Part shown: positions 12,991 to 27,440 of the stretch, one piece after another
Layout of the letters: every line of letters starts with the position of its first letter
Numbering within the stretch: the stretch's first letter is position 1
Source: Eledone cirrhosa
Taxonomy: Eukaryota
Assembly: GCA_964016885.1 (NCBI GenBank)
Contig: OZ024761.1
Span: forward strand, 5,766,001 to 5,830,000
Direction: 5' to 3'
DNA length: 64,000 nt
Position numbers and translations under genes: made by a program
The notes under the pieces: model-generated
Database searches by the model: none
What the model was told of the DNA's origin: nothing
Seen by the model: only the letters and a program-made list of their open reading frames with translations

Positions 12991-13033
12991 GTCAAAGTTC
13001 TTTCGTCACACATTCTATGACCTCTTCAGTGAC
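12991..13033 (-). ncRNA. pLTR hammerhead motif
   Basis: Minus strand: GTCA-CTGAAGA-GGTCA..TGAC-GAAAG-AA-CTT-TGAC. Confidence 0.6.
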
Positions 13034-13270
13034 TGAGGATTCTTTTCTTTGTTTTTGTGCCTCTCCTTTGTTCTGTCCTACGCCATCTTGTTTTTGTGTG
13101 TGTTGTGTGCTTAGTTTGCGCATGTGTTACATCCAGGTGTCTGTGTGTGTTTATATTTGTTTATTTATTTGTTTATTTACATTTTACTGATTGGTTGTTT
13201 GTTCTATGTGTGTGTGTTTTCATTTTGTCCTTAATTGTAAGTTGTGATGTTGCTGTTCCACTCATATTTT

Positions 13271-13897
13271 CTATTTAATTTTGGTTGGAGTTAGTTCATT
13301 TATGTTTATTGCCTCTGTGATTTGTCTAAACATTGCGTCTTTTCTGTGTGTAGATTCTATTTTTATTTCTATGTTCTCTAATTTACCCTTATGTTCTAGT
13401 TTAGCATGTTGGTGGAGTACAGATGATTCTTTTCTATCTTGAAGTTCTCGCCAGTGTTCATTTATCCGTTCTCCTATACTACGAGCTGTCTCACCTATGT
13501 ACACTATATTCTTATCTCTACATTGTCCTTCAGTACATCTTATGCTATATACTACATTTCTAGTTTTACAGTTAATATGGGGGCTTAGTTTACAGATTAT
13601 ACATTTCTTATCTATACAGGGAGGTCTTTGAAAAGGGTATGTATTGCTAATAAGTGTTTTCATGGAGGTACCTGGTCTTTCTACTATCTTAATATTAAGT
13701 TTATGTTTATCCAGGGTCCTTCTAAATGTGTAAGCTAATTCACCTCTAGGGGTTGTATTGATGAACATTACACTCTGGTATTTATTGCTATCATACCATG
13801 AGTTTATTCTATTAACCTTATTCCTAGTTCTTTCTATTCTATTCCAAAATTTGCTCCTATACAAGGGGCAGGTCCCATTTCTATCATTATTTACCAT
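13271..13897 (-). pseudogene. PLE thumb/linker plus GIY-YIG endonuclease fragment (Cys-rich linker)
   Basis: PCIDKKCIIC...CKTRNVVYSIRC....YIGETARSIGERINEH...HQHAKLEH...RQITEAINI. Confidence 0.88.
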
Positions 13898-13935
13898 TCA
13901 TAAAAACACTTATTAGCAATACATTATTTACCTCC

Positions 13936-13970
<35 letters not shown>

Positions 13971-13971
13971 T

Positions 13972-15612
<1,641 letters not shown>

Positions 15613-15685
15613 CCTACTATATTCAGTATGAAACTGATATATATCTTCATTGTTCTTCGTTGACTGTTGTTTTCCGTTTACTTTT

Positions 15686-15736
<51 letters not shown>

Positions 15737-15781
15737 CTATCTATCTGTACGAGATATATTGATATAGAAAGGGAGAGAGGG

Positions 15782-15854
<73 letters not shown>

Positions 15855-16189
15855 TGTTACTTGAGATAATTGCATGCTAACTCTAAAGATACTAATAATT
15901 ATAATCAGACACACACAAGTTTTTAATCATAGCTACAGGTTTAATGAGTGTTGGTAGTAGTGGTGAAGTGGTAGTGGTGGTGTTAGTGTAGTGGTGGTGG
16001 TGGTGGTATAGTGGTGGCGGAGGCAGTGGTCGTTGGTAATTCCCTAACTAAATAAGATAAGAAGTATTCCCAACCAATTAATGGCAAGATAATCGCCATT
16101 TTCTCTTTCCCCTCTCATCTCACTTCATCCGCCATATTGTGTAATTCTAAACCTCAATGAAATGTTTCAGAACAAACTATTGCTTAAAA

Positions 16190-16444
16190 CAACACGAACA
16201 ACAACAACAACACCAACACCACCACCACCACCACCACCACCACCCTAACCCTAACCACCACCAACAACACTACCACCACCATTACCACCAGCACCACCAA
16301 CAACAACACCAACACCAACAACACCACCACCACCACCACCCTAACCCTAACCACGACTAACAACACTACCATCACCACTACCACCAGCACCAACAACAAC
16401 AACAACAACAATACCAACACCACCACCACCAACAACAACACCAC

Positions 16445-16497
<53 letters not shown>

Positions 16498-16670
16498 CCA
16501 ACAACAACACCACCACCACCAACAACAACAACATCAACACCACCACCAACACCACCACCAACACCCCCACCAACACCACCACCAACAACAACACCACCAG
16601 CAACAACAACACCACCAACACCACCACCAACACCACCAACACCACCACCAACAACACCAACAACAAAACC
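16190..16670. repeat. (CAA/CAC)n trinucleotide tract
   Basis: Direct inspection. Confidence 0.9.
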
Positions 16671-16935
16671 AATACATAAATATGGCGAATGTCGTTGAAA
16701 ATAAGATTTAGTGATTTCAAATATGGTTTCGTTGTAAAGACTTTTATTACTATGGATTTTGTTGTTCCACGATATTGTCTTATTAAAATAGTACACACAC
16801 GGTCTCAGCTATTTATATCTGTATACACAGAGATCCAAATATGGGTGGTTCTGCGTATACACACGCACACGCACAGACACGCACACACACACACACGCAG
16901 ACACACAGACACGCACACATACAGACACCCAAACA

Positions 16936-16987
<52 letters not shown>

Positions 16988-17272
16988 TAGACACAGACAC
17001 ATACTGACACACACACACACATATAAGGGGAAGCCTTAAACAATTATTTTTTGAAAATAATATAAATATATAAATATATATATATATTTTAATTTCAAAA
17101 ATAATTTTTTAAGGTTTCCCCTTTAGGAAATTGTTTTTCAATTTACCTTGTTTTCGTTGGTTGTTTTTTGTTCTCTTTGTTAATTTTTTAAAGTTTATCA
17201 CGCACGCACACACGCACGCACACATGCACGCACGCACACACACACATACGCATTCATACATACATACATACA

Positions 17273-17885
17273 TGGTGGTGGTGGCTGCCAACTCGTTTTC
17301 GAGTACGGCCACTACTTTATTTCCATGTAGAGAACCCCTACTGATGCGCTGAACGAGTGTGACTTTTTAGTCCAGCCAGCGACTTGAAAACTCTGGTACA
17401 AACACTACACCTGTGACAATTATTGACACATAGTGCTGGGCCCATGGTACCATGTGACGACAAGTGCAGAGAGATCTCCAGATATAAAGCAATGCCTGTG
17501 CCGTGAAGCTTTTATAGTGAGCAAAGGCACTGCACAAAGCCAGTCCCACTCTCTTAACCAAGATGATATTTACCAAAAAGAAGAACAAGTCAACATCATT
17601 GGATACCATCAGGGTTGCAGGTGTTATATCAGAGTTTTCCTTCTCCTAGAATTCTGCCTTGACAAAGGCTAAGGGGTCATCTCTCCCGGTGATTTTGGAT
17701 GGCCATTGACTCTTAAGAGCTCCTTTGCTCTTTGACAGGTTTTGTTTTTAGTCCTGCGGGATGTCCAAAGTCACCCTCCTCACCAAGAAACCTTAGTGGG
17801 GTTGCCAGTTTAGTCGCCAACGACCCGAACATGAGACAGGTTGTACTGGGATACATGTTACCAGTAGCACCAACTGGTGACCTGA
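17273..17885 (-). mobile_element. Non-autonomous RTE-related retroelement (about 610 bp)
   Basis: Contains an RTE 5'UTR-like motif (minus strand CTAGGAGAAGGAAAACTCTGA) and an (ATGT)n tail. Further copies at 31975-32112 and 32436-32845. Confidence 0.6.
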
Positions 17886-18097
17886 CATATATACATACAT
17901 ACATACATACATACATACATACATACATACATACATACATACATACATACATACATACATACATAAATACATAGAGAGAGAGAAAGTGGTATAATCTCGC
18001 CTAAACCCCTTGGCACCGCGGCCGGGATTATATCTGTCTCTGTACTCTCTCTGCAACTCCTCATGCATTGTGTGGTCCTTTCGGTCTAGTACATATA

Positions 18098-18670
18098 TAT
18101 AAATGAATACACAAGAGAGATGAACACTAATATAAACATACATGTGTTCGAATCGTAAGGACTAGGTTAGCTAGGGTGAAAAAATACTAACTACAGCAAT
18201 ATGGTTTGTCAGAATTAGTTTTAAGTAGTAAATTAAGATTTCGAGTCAAGCTGGGTTCCGAAGACACGTGGTATAAATTTTATAGCACAATTTTCAGTCT
18301 TCTAATATTTTTAGAAGTGAAAGGATCGCTAATTTCTCAACAATTACTGAGGAGCAGGGAAGAGCGTGGACTTCACTTAATAAGATGTTGCGTAACAGTT
18401 CCCAAAACTGTCTAGTTGTTACCAGGCATTTTGCCCAATATAGGTCTGTTATTTTTTCTTAATTTACTACTTAAAATTAAATCTGACAAACCATATTGCT
18501 GTAGTCAGTATTTTTTCACCCTAGCTAACCTAGTCCTTACGATTCGAACACATGTATGTTTATATTAGTGTTCATCTCTCTTGTTTATTCATTTATATTA
18601 GACGGCTCGGAAAGGCTTTTTTCTTAGAGCTATTTAATTGTAAGAGACTACTCTGAGTTTCTAACTCACT
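18098..18670 (+). mobile_element. Hairpin form of HHR element family HH-B
   Basis: About 140-bp inverted arms 18098-18238 / 18457-18598. The loop carries an HHR at 18339-18420 (GAAA mutated to GTAA). Homologous to 50447-51003. Confidence 0.8.
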
Positions 18671-18972
18671 ATATATATATATATATATATATATCATATC
18701 GTAGCCACCGCGAAGGGGCTGCTTTCGGTTATTTGTCGAAGATTTCTTCATAGGAGCCTTTATTCTTATAGCTTCGTCTAATTGATTTTTTATATGGTTA
18801 ATTATACTAATTGGGAGAGGAAATGGTATATATTATATCTAGTGAATCTAAAGACATATTTTATGATATATAGCTCTGATTATTTAATTTAATTTATTAA
18901 TTTCTCATTGAGCCACAACGTGACCGGTTGCAAAACACATATATATCTATGAGTTTATATATATATGTAAAT

Positions 18973-19037
<65 letters not shown>

Positions 19038-19363
19038 CTAGCATAAGTATGCATCTGTGTATATATATGTTACTAGATATACTAATTCTTTATAATTATC
19101 TCCAAATTATTTGTCGAGCAAAAATTGGCCAAAACTGCTGCTATAGCAACAGCCCGGCTGCTGTCTTCTTAACAAACCACTCTCCACTGATTGACCTCGA
19201 TGTCACGTGATTGATTCTTTTGAATTTGCCACCGACGCAGTAGGCAGTGATTTTCTCAATGGCTTGGAATTTAGTCCACGCTTTGCTTTTATCCATCCAC
19301 TGAATTATTTTTTGTATAAGTTTTCTGAGTCCACGTATTGCCTGGAAACTTAGCTGAGAATAG

Positions 19364-19446
19364 ACTTCCCTGATGACGAAAGGCTTCTTCGTACGCTTCT
19401 TCGGAAAGTATGTTTATTCCCTTTCAGAAACTAATTAGTTGGGAGT
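19364..19446 (+). ncRNA. Type I hammerhead ribozyme
   Basis: ACTTCC-CTGATGA-CGAAAGG...CCTTTCA-GAAAC-TAATTA-GTT-GGGAGT, with palindromic stem III ACTAATTAGT. Confidence 0.7.
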
Positions 19447-19491
19447 GAAATTTTAGTAAGTAAGTTAATTTTATAATTTTCTTATTTTACG

Positions 19492-19538
<47 letters not shown>

Positions 19539-19834
19539 AACCCGAAGTTGTAGCTGCCGTATAGCAGGTACTATTCGATTTATTTGAGGCACAAAACACT
19601 GAATGGAGCGAAAATTAAATACATTTTTGTCAAGAGTAAAGGCAACAGTTAAAAAGTGTGACACGAAGAAAAACGACCGAAGGCAGTGGCCTTACATATA
19701 CCACAATGATAGATACAGAAAGGTTATATATATATATGTAAGTGACATAGTCACTACTTTAAAATAATAGCGCAAGGTCTTCAAAATGTTTTTAATTAAG
19801 CATACAGTATATTGCCAAATATACTGTACATATA

Positions 19835-19920
<86 letters not shown>

Positions 19921-20021
19921 GGGGGTGTAACCTGGAGTTATTGTAGGTTCACCCGGGTAAGCACTCGATGTTTAGGTTCACTTCTGCTCTTTTGGGGGTT
20001 TTTTTTCATTGCCATTATAAA

Positions 20022-20108
20022 GTGTCTGACGAGCCGTGGATTACAGAGTCGGGCTAGATCGATACAGATCGAACTTTGAGCTGATCAGTGGCGAAACACG
20101 AGTCACCA
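20022..20108 (+). ncRNA. Type I hammerhead ribozyme
   Basis: GTGT-CTGACGA-GCC...GGC-GAAAC-ACGA-GTC-ACCA. Stem I is short. Confidence 0.6.
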
Positions 20109-20154
20109 ACCAATAAACGTAATGAAGGAGTAACCAATCGTCCTTCTTTTATTT

Positions 20155-20189
<35 letters not shown>

Positions 20190-20190
<1 letters not shown>

Positions 20191-20513
20191 ATGATATTAA
20201 TAAACGGAAACTATATTTATAAAACCATATTCTATTATATATATTTCAAGAGTACCAAAATCTTGGGTACGCACTCATCAGATAAAATACAAAATTTGCT
20301 TTATAAATAGTGACATACCCGATAAACCAGACCTTATCGGTTCAAGTTTCGTTTGGATATCCAAACAGAGCCTGAACTGTTATGGTCTGATTCCTGGGTA
20401 TGTCACTATTTATAAAACAAATTTTGTATTTTATCTGATGAGTGCGTACCAAAGGTTTTGGTACCCTTGAGATATATATAATAGAATAAATATGGTTTTA
20501 TAAATATAGTTTC

Positions 20514-20516
<3 letters not shown>
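20190..20516. mobile_element. Palindromic pLTR pair with an HHR in each arm
   Basis: Centre GTTTGGAT|ATCCAAAC at 20358/9. HHR on minus 20228-20289 is intact; HHR on plus 20427-20488 has GAGA instead of GAAA. Confidence 0.8.
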
Positions 20517-20540
<24 letters not shown>

Positions 20541-20546
<6 letters not shown>

Positions 20547-20996
20547 AGATCAAAAGATGGTTAAAAGAGTTCCAAGTATTTTATTATGCGCATTTCAAAA
20601 ACAAATATCATCATGGGATGATATCTGCGTTCTCATCAGATAAAATAGGGAGACATGATATGAAGCTTAAAAAACACTTGCGAGCAGTGAAGTGTTAAAT
20701 AAATATATCATGGTTGATTTAAAATTTCACTATATTAATTCAATATGTTGATTTAAAACTTCACTATTCACAAGTGTTTTTTAAGCTTCATACCATGTCT
20801 CCCTATTTTATCTGATGATAACGCAGATATCATCCCATGATGATATTTGTTTTTGAAATGCGCATAATAAAATACTTGGAACTCTTTTAACCATCTTTTG
20901 ATCTTATATTATTTATACTCCAGTCCTACAAACTGTAGCGTGCTAATTATCCGATATTTGCATTGCTTTATTGTACTACAATAAAACTCACCTCCT

Positions 20997-20998
<2 letters not shown>
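20541..20998. mobile_element. Palindromic pLTR pair with two intact HHRs plus tail
   Basis: Arms 20541-about 20700 / about 20750-20910. HHR TATTTTAT-CTGATGA...GAAAT-GCGC-ATA-ATAAAATA at 20804-20874 (+) and 20577-20647 (-). Confidence 0.85.
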
Positions 20999-21042
<44 letters not shown>

Positions 21043-21043
<1 letters not shown>

Positions 21044-21385
21044 CGATATTAACAAATGGAAACTATATTTATAAAACCATATCTATTTCATTATACATAT
21101 TTATACATATACTATCCGGGAGCTTCCAACAGTAATGGTTGCATTCTTTAAGGGTATGTCAATATTTATTTATAAAACTGCTCTATATTATATTTTATCT
21201 GATGAAAGCACACCATAATTTAACTTGGTGTCCTTGAAATATGTATAATGAAATAAATATGGTTTTATAAATATAGTTTCCATTTGTTAATATCGTATTT
21301 TTACTCCAATTATTTGTTGAGTGCTTTATATCAGTTATAAAAATATTTGCTTGTTGTATCCTAACAATTTAAATAGAACTTCTAC
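21043..21385 (+). mobile_element. pLTR with HHR (21191-21255) and a short 5' inverted copy
   Basis: 21043-21101 is the reverse complement of 21238-21297. TATTTTAT-CTGATGA..CACC..GGTG..GAAAT-ATGT-ATA-ATGAAATA. Confidence 0.78.
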
Positions 21386-21397
21386 ATATATATATAT

Positions 21398-21629
21398 AAC
21401 GAAGGAAATATGGTACGGAACCAGATGGACCATAACGCACCAAAGTACTCAATACTTAGGGTAGTAGAGTGGGTAATAGGAACGAGTAGGTCCCCGACGG
21501 CTGAGCTCAAGCCGTTTCGACGGGTAATTCTGGACTAAAAAAACAAAACAAAGAAAAAAAAATTCTTTTTTAAAGTCCAGAATTAGCCGTCGAAACGGCT
21601 TGAGCTCAGCCGTCGGGATCCTACTCATT

Positions 21630-21633
<4 letters not shown>
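21398..21633 (-). mobile_element. Hairpin element with HHR 3' halves
   Basis: Inverted arms containing GAAACGGCT-TGAGCTC-AGCCGTC around an A-rich spacer. Confidence 0.7.
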
Positions 21634-21708
<75 letters not shown>

Positions 21709-21758
21709 TTATAGGAGATCCAGTTAGAGGTACACCAGTTAGAGTACTCTTCTTTCTT

Positions 21759-21852
<94 letters not shown>

Positions 21853-22412
21853 ATATAAGGCGATTTCGGGGGTAATTTGGTGAGTTATGTAACAGGATTA
21901 TGTTGAAACCAAACATAAAATGGCAGGTAGGTAATAGAGAGAAATATGAGGTAGAAAATAGGATATTTGATCCGGGTACAGCCTGGAATATGGTGTTATA
22001 TCAATAGCTGACAGTCTCTCTCTCTCTTTCTCTCTCTCTCTCAGTCTCTCTCTCTCTTTCTCTCTCTCACAGTCTCTCTCTCACAGTCTCCTTCTCACAG
22101 TCTCTCTCTCACTCACTCTCCCTCTCTCTCTATATATATACATATATATGACGTGTCTACGGTGTAAAGACCGGGAAGACAACCAATCATAGTAGTACTC
22201 AATACATGAGTTACAGAGTGTGTATATTAATAAAGTGAAGGTCCGAACGAGGGGTCGGGTGGTTTCAGCTTGAAACCTCTCCAAGCTTCTTGAGGGTTCG
22301 TTGATGAAGCCTGTTACAAGGTGAAACCACCCGAGTTTGTGATTGCCAAAGGATGCCTGTGATACTTGTATTAGATGACTTTACTAGCAATCTACCCGCC
22401 TGGTAATTTGGC

Positions 22413-22476
<64 letters not shown>

Positions 22477-22480
<4 letters not shown>

Positions 22481-22688
22481 AACGAGTAGGACCCCGACGG
22501 CTGAGCTCAAGCCGTTTCGACGGCTAATTTTTTTTTTTTTTTTTTTTTTTTAGTCCAGAATTAGCCGTCGAAACGGCTTGAGCTCAGCCGTCGGGGTCCT
22601 ACTCGTTCCTATTACCCACTCTACTACCCTAAGTATTGAGTATTTTGGTGCGTTATGGTCCACCTGGTTCCTTATCACATTTCTTTCG

Positions 22689-22691
<3 letters not shown>
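22477..22691 (+). mobile_element. Second copy of the same hairpin element
   Basis: Near-identical to 21398-21633 in opposite orientation, with a poly-T spacer. Confidence 0.7.
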
Positions 22692-22737
<46 letters not shown>

Positions 22738-22744
<7 letters not shown>

Positions 22745-23140
22745 GAGGTGTAACACACGAGTTGTGATATATTTGTAATAGGAAAAGGAAATGCTGACAA
22801 ATTTTTCCCAGTGAAAAATAGTTTAATTAGGAATAAGTACAAATTAGTAATAAGTATTGGTTAGTATTCAGTTTTAGTTTTAAGTTTTTACCGGTTGCGC
22901 ATTTCTAATGCTTTTCAAAAATAATTTTGAGATAGAGCGCTCGTGATGTTTGCTCTAATTAGATTAGAGCAAACATCACGAGCGCTCTATCTCAAAATTA
23001 TTTTTGAAATGCGCAACCGGTAAAAACTTAAAAATAAAACTGAATACTAACCAATACTTATTACTAATTTATACTTATTCCTAATTAAACTATTTTTCAC
23101 TGGGAAAAATTTGTCAGCATTTTCTTTTCCTTTTACTTAT
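22738..23140. repeat. Long palindromic element (about 170-bp arms, centre about 22961)
   Basis: GATAGAGCGCTCGTGATGTTTGCTCTAAT-TAG-ATTAGAGCAAACATCACGAGCGCTCTATC. Homologous to 63535-63967. Confidence 0.85.
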
Positions 23141-23227
23141 ATATATATATATAGGTAGGTCCCGGGTTGAGTCGGGGATAACCACAGTAAGTAAGGTACT
23201 CAATAGTCCTGTAGAAGCTCCTTCTAT

Positions 23228-23260
<33 letters not shown>

Positions 23261-23263
<3 letters not shown>

Positions 23264-23498
23264 GTATAATAAACAATACAATATAATTACCTCATTACCA
23301 GAGGTTTCCCGAATAAGACGAATACGAAAAACGTCCTCATTCGTTCGTCGGACAAGGCAATTTTTCGTATTCGTCTTATTCGGGAAACCTCTGGTAATTA
23401 TATTGTATTGTTTATTATACATTAAATTTTGCTCTGGTACTTACATAGAGCACTCTTCACTCCTATGACTTTTTCAATTTTCAACGGAAACTTCAATA

Positions 23499-23501
<3 letters not shown>
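23261..23501. repeat. Hairpin element (about 65-bp arms) with tail
   Basis: AATGTATAATAAACAATACAAT...GAATACGAAAAA vs TTTTTCGTATTC...ATTGTATTGTTTATTATACATT. Confidence 0.75.
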
Positions 23502-23555
<54 letters not shown>

Positions 23556-23569
<14 letters not shown>

Positions 23570-24181
23570 GTTGTAGTTCCTGTCGGTTTATCTGTTTGTT
23601 TGTTCACGAACTCCTCCTATGGTTTTGGAGATAGATCCCCATAACCATATATATTCTGAAACTACATTGCCCAGGGTTCTTGGTTACGTATATTTCATTT
23701 TAATCAAAGGGTTCTCCGGGGGCACAAAACCACCTCTGAAAATCTTTTCCTTTCGATTTATATGAAATTTAAACCATAGGTAAATGACAAGATATGATGC
23801 CTATTCATAAAATTTCAGCAAATTTCAATAATATTAAGACACCCTAATGGGGGTGAGAATGTTGGCCAATAAATGGAACAAGATGTGTTGTAACAAGATT
23901 GCATGAGAACTTGATTGAAGCAACCGTTATATTCGGGGCTTACAAGGGTCAAGCTCTTCTCATTCCGAGGATTCCACCTATACCAAGTGATAGCGAGTTG
24001 CCTTTTACATTTAAGAGGCTGCAGTTCCCTGTGAGGCCATGCTTTGCCATGAGCATCAATAAGAGTCAAGGTCAAACTTTCAAAACTATTGGTATAGATC
24101 TGACAAACCCATGTTTCAGTCATGGCATGTTTTTACAAAAAGAATGTGTGAAACGCAGCAAGGCGCGGGTAATTCGGCTAG
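23556..24181 (+). mobile_element. Non-autonomous Helitron with a PIF1-type helicase C-terminal fragment
   Basis: LLIPRIPPIPSDSELPFTFKRLQFPVRPCFAMSINKSQGQT...CFSHG (about 23899-24130). 3' end GCAAGGCGCGGGTAATTCGG-CTAG followed by T. Confidence 0.88.
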
Positions 24182-24454
24182 TATATATATATATATATAT
24201 ATATAGGTACCTTTCGTTTTCATTCGCATTCTCTCACACACCACATACACTTACATCCACTCATGCATTATATATGTTAGACCACCATCAGTTCTGATGA
24301 ATGTTCTAGTTGTTCAGACAACGGAACAGCCTGGTCATGCAACTTGCATGTGGCTGAGTATTCCGTAACGTATTTATATCTCTCCTGAGATTCAACGTGA
24401 CGCCATATGTGACAAGACGTTTTGAATTACAACGCCCCGCTCCCAGCGTGAAAT

Positions 24455-24537
24455 AAAGTACACACACCTCCGATCAGCCCAGGAATCGAACTTATGACCT
24501 TATTATCATCAACCAGACACCTTAACCAATAAGCCAG
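24455..24537 (-). mobile_element. tRNA-derived SINE head
   Basis: Minus strand A box TGGCTTATTGG and B box GTTCGATTCC. Confidence 0.6.
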
Positions 24538-25479
24538 GTGTCTTCACTCCTTTATATATACTTAAAGCGAAGTATTCCCCTCCACACATACACACACACA
24601 CAACTACATACAGACACACACCTACACACACACATCTACACACACACACACCTACACACACACACAGACACACACACACAACTACATACACACACAACTA
24701 CATACACACTCACACCTACATACACACACTCACCTACACACACACACACCTACATACACACTCATATCTACATACACACACACGTACATACACACACACA
24801 CGTACATACACACGCACAACTACATACACACACACCTACACACACACACACAACTATACACACACAAATACATACACACAACTACACACGCACACTTACA
24901 TACATATACCTACACACACACACACACACACACGCCTACACACACGCAACTATACACACACACATACATACGCACACACTTACATACACACACAACTACA
25001 CACACACACCTACACACACACATCTACATACACACTCACACATACTTACACACACATACACCTACATACACACATATGTACCCAAAAACTTAACGCTTCT
25101 GTTTTCTTTAATTTTTCTCCACCAGTTCTGAAAAAACCGCAAAATAAAGGAAACAAATATTTAAATAAGTAGAGAAATAATGAAATCTTCAGGGCAGAGT
25201 TGTGGGTGGGTTGTGGGCAGGGTCTGTGTAAGAAAGCTGAGAAAGTTGACATGACAAGGTCAGCAATTTATTTTATCTGTAGACGAGATGGTAGAGGTCT
25301 TGTGCTGCCATGTTGTAATGAAGAGAAACTTCCGCCAGATGGCCTTACTGAGGCTTCAAAGACGAGATTGAACGTAACAGAATACACGTTGTTGCCGAAG
25401 GTGGCTTCGTACATGAATGGCAGATAAATGTAATATATCTCAGACACTTCATTCTTTTAACACGTCGGTTTAGATATTG

Positions 25480-25675
25480 ATCTACAAGGCACAAGGTCAG
25501 CATTTTTTGAGAGGATGGGGGAGGGGGGGGGGGAGAATCGTTTATATTGACCCCAGTTATTGATCCTTATTGATCCTTGAAATGACGGGCTTCGACGGGA
25601 TTTGAACTCAGAATATAAGTGATCGTAAAAATACCGCAAAGTATTTTTTCCAACGCTCTAACTATACTGCCAACC
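25480..25675 (-). mobile_element. Degenerate tRNA-derived SINE
   Basis: B box GAGTTCAAATCCC on minus; GCCTTGT tail region as in the other copies. Confidence 0.7.
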
Positions 25676-25890
25676 TATCGAACTACCAATCTACCAATCT
25701 ACCAATCCAGCAATCCAGCAATCCAGCAATCCACCAATCTACCAATCCACCAATCCAGTAATCCACCAATCCACCAATCTACCAATCTACAAATCCACCA
25801 ATCCACCAATCTACCAATCTACCAATCCACCAATCTACCAATTTACCAATCCACCAATCTACCAATTTACCAATCCACCAATCTGCCAAT
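25670..25890. repeat. 8-bp CCAATCYA repeat at the SINE 5' end
   Basis: (CCAATCCA/CCAATCTA)n. Confidence 0.85.
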
Positions 25891-26171
25891 TTCTTGTTGT
25901 TTAGTCCAGGTCACAACCACAAAGACGCTCCAGCCGTGACTATCCTATCGTTTTCTCGGACATAATGTATCTAGGACCACATTAGATAAATCGTGAGCTA
26001 AGATAATTTATATATAGACTAATGACGGCTAATTGTAATATCTATACATGATATGAAAGAGAGATATTTGTTGGTTTGTTGGTTCCGTCGCACTCACACA
26101 AGTGATACAAACATACAAATACACAGCTGTGACGAATCTTAGAACGCTGGACTTCTATAGTTTCTCACTAC

Positions 26172-27440
26172 CCCCTCCTTCCTCAGTCATCACATAGATG
26201 TCCCTTCCTTCCTCAGTCAACGTCATCATCCCTTCCTTCCTCAGTCGACGTCATCACCCCTTCCTTCCTCAGTCGACGTCATCACCCCTTCCTTCCACAG
26301 TCGACGTAATCACCCCTTCCTTCCACAGTCGACGTCATCACCCCTTCCTTCCTCAGTCGACGTCATCACCCCTTCCTTCCACAGTCGACGTCATCACCCC
26401 TTCCTTCCTCAGTCGACGTCATCACCCCTTCCTTCCACAGTCAACGTCATCACCCCTTCCTTCCTCAGTCGACGTCATCACCCCTTCCTTCCTCAGTCGA
26501 CGTCATCACCCCTTCCTTCCACAGTCGACGTCATCACCCCTTCCTTCCTCAGTCGACGTCATCACCCCTTCCTTCCACAGTCGACGTCATCACCGCTTCC
26601 TTCCTCAGTCGACGTAATCACCCCTTCCTTCCTCAGTCAACGTCATCACCCCTTCCTTCCTCAGTCGACGTCATCACCCCTTCCTTCCACAGTCGACGTC
26701 ATCACCGCTTCCTTCCTCAGTCGACGTAATCACCCCTTCCTTCCTCAGTCGACGTAATCACCCCTTCCTTCCTCAGTCGACGTCATCACCCCTTCCTTCC
26801 TCAGTCGACGTAATCACCCCTTCCTTCCTCAGTCGACGTAATCACCCCTTCTTTCCACAGTCGACGTCATCACCGCTTCCTTCCTCAGTCGACGTAATCA
26901 CCCCTTCCTTCCTCAGTCGACGTAATCACCCCTTCCTTCCTCAGTCGACGTCATCACCCCTTCCTTCCTCAGTCGACGTAATCACCCCTTCCTTCCTCAG
27001 TCGACGTAATCACCCCTTCCTTCCACAGTCGACGTCATCACCGCTTTCTTCCTCAGTCGACGTAATCTTCACTTCCTTCCTCAGTCGACGTAATCACCCC
27101 TTCCTTCCACAGTCGACGTCATCACCGCTTCCTTCCTCAGTCGACGTAATCACCCCTTCCTTCCTCAGTCGACGTAATCACCCCTTCCTTCCTCAGTCGA
27201 CGTAATCACCCCTTCCTTCCACAGTCGACGTCATCACCGCTTCCTTCCTCAGTCGACGTAATCACCCCTTCCTTCCTCAGTGCACGTGATCACCCCTTCC
27301 TTCCACAGTCGACGTAATCACCCCTTCCTTCCACAGTCGACGTCATCACCGCTTCCTTCCACAGTCGGCGTAATCACCCCTTCCTTCCACAGTCGACGTA
27401 ATCACCCCTTCCTTCCTCAGTCGGCGTAATCACCCCTTCT
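26172..27440. repeat. 28-bp minisatellite, about 45 copies
   Basis: Unit CAGTCGACGT(C/A)ATCACC(C/G)CTTCCTTCC(T/A). Confidence 0.97.

Larger units (their letters stand above)
12835..13935 (-). mobile_element. 5'-truncated Penelope-like element with 3' pLTR
   Basis: GIY-YIG ORF followed by a 3' region with an HHR and the terminal motif ACCCTCCCAAAGTATAC. Flanked by (TA)n. Confidence 0.85.

Noticed and set aside
16242-16352. CCCTAACCCTAA telomere-like repeats
   Set aside because: Only two units, twice, inside a CAC/CAA tract.
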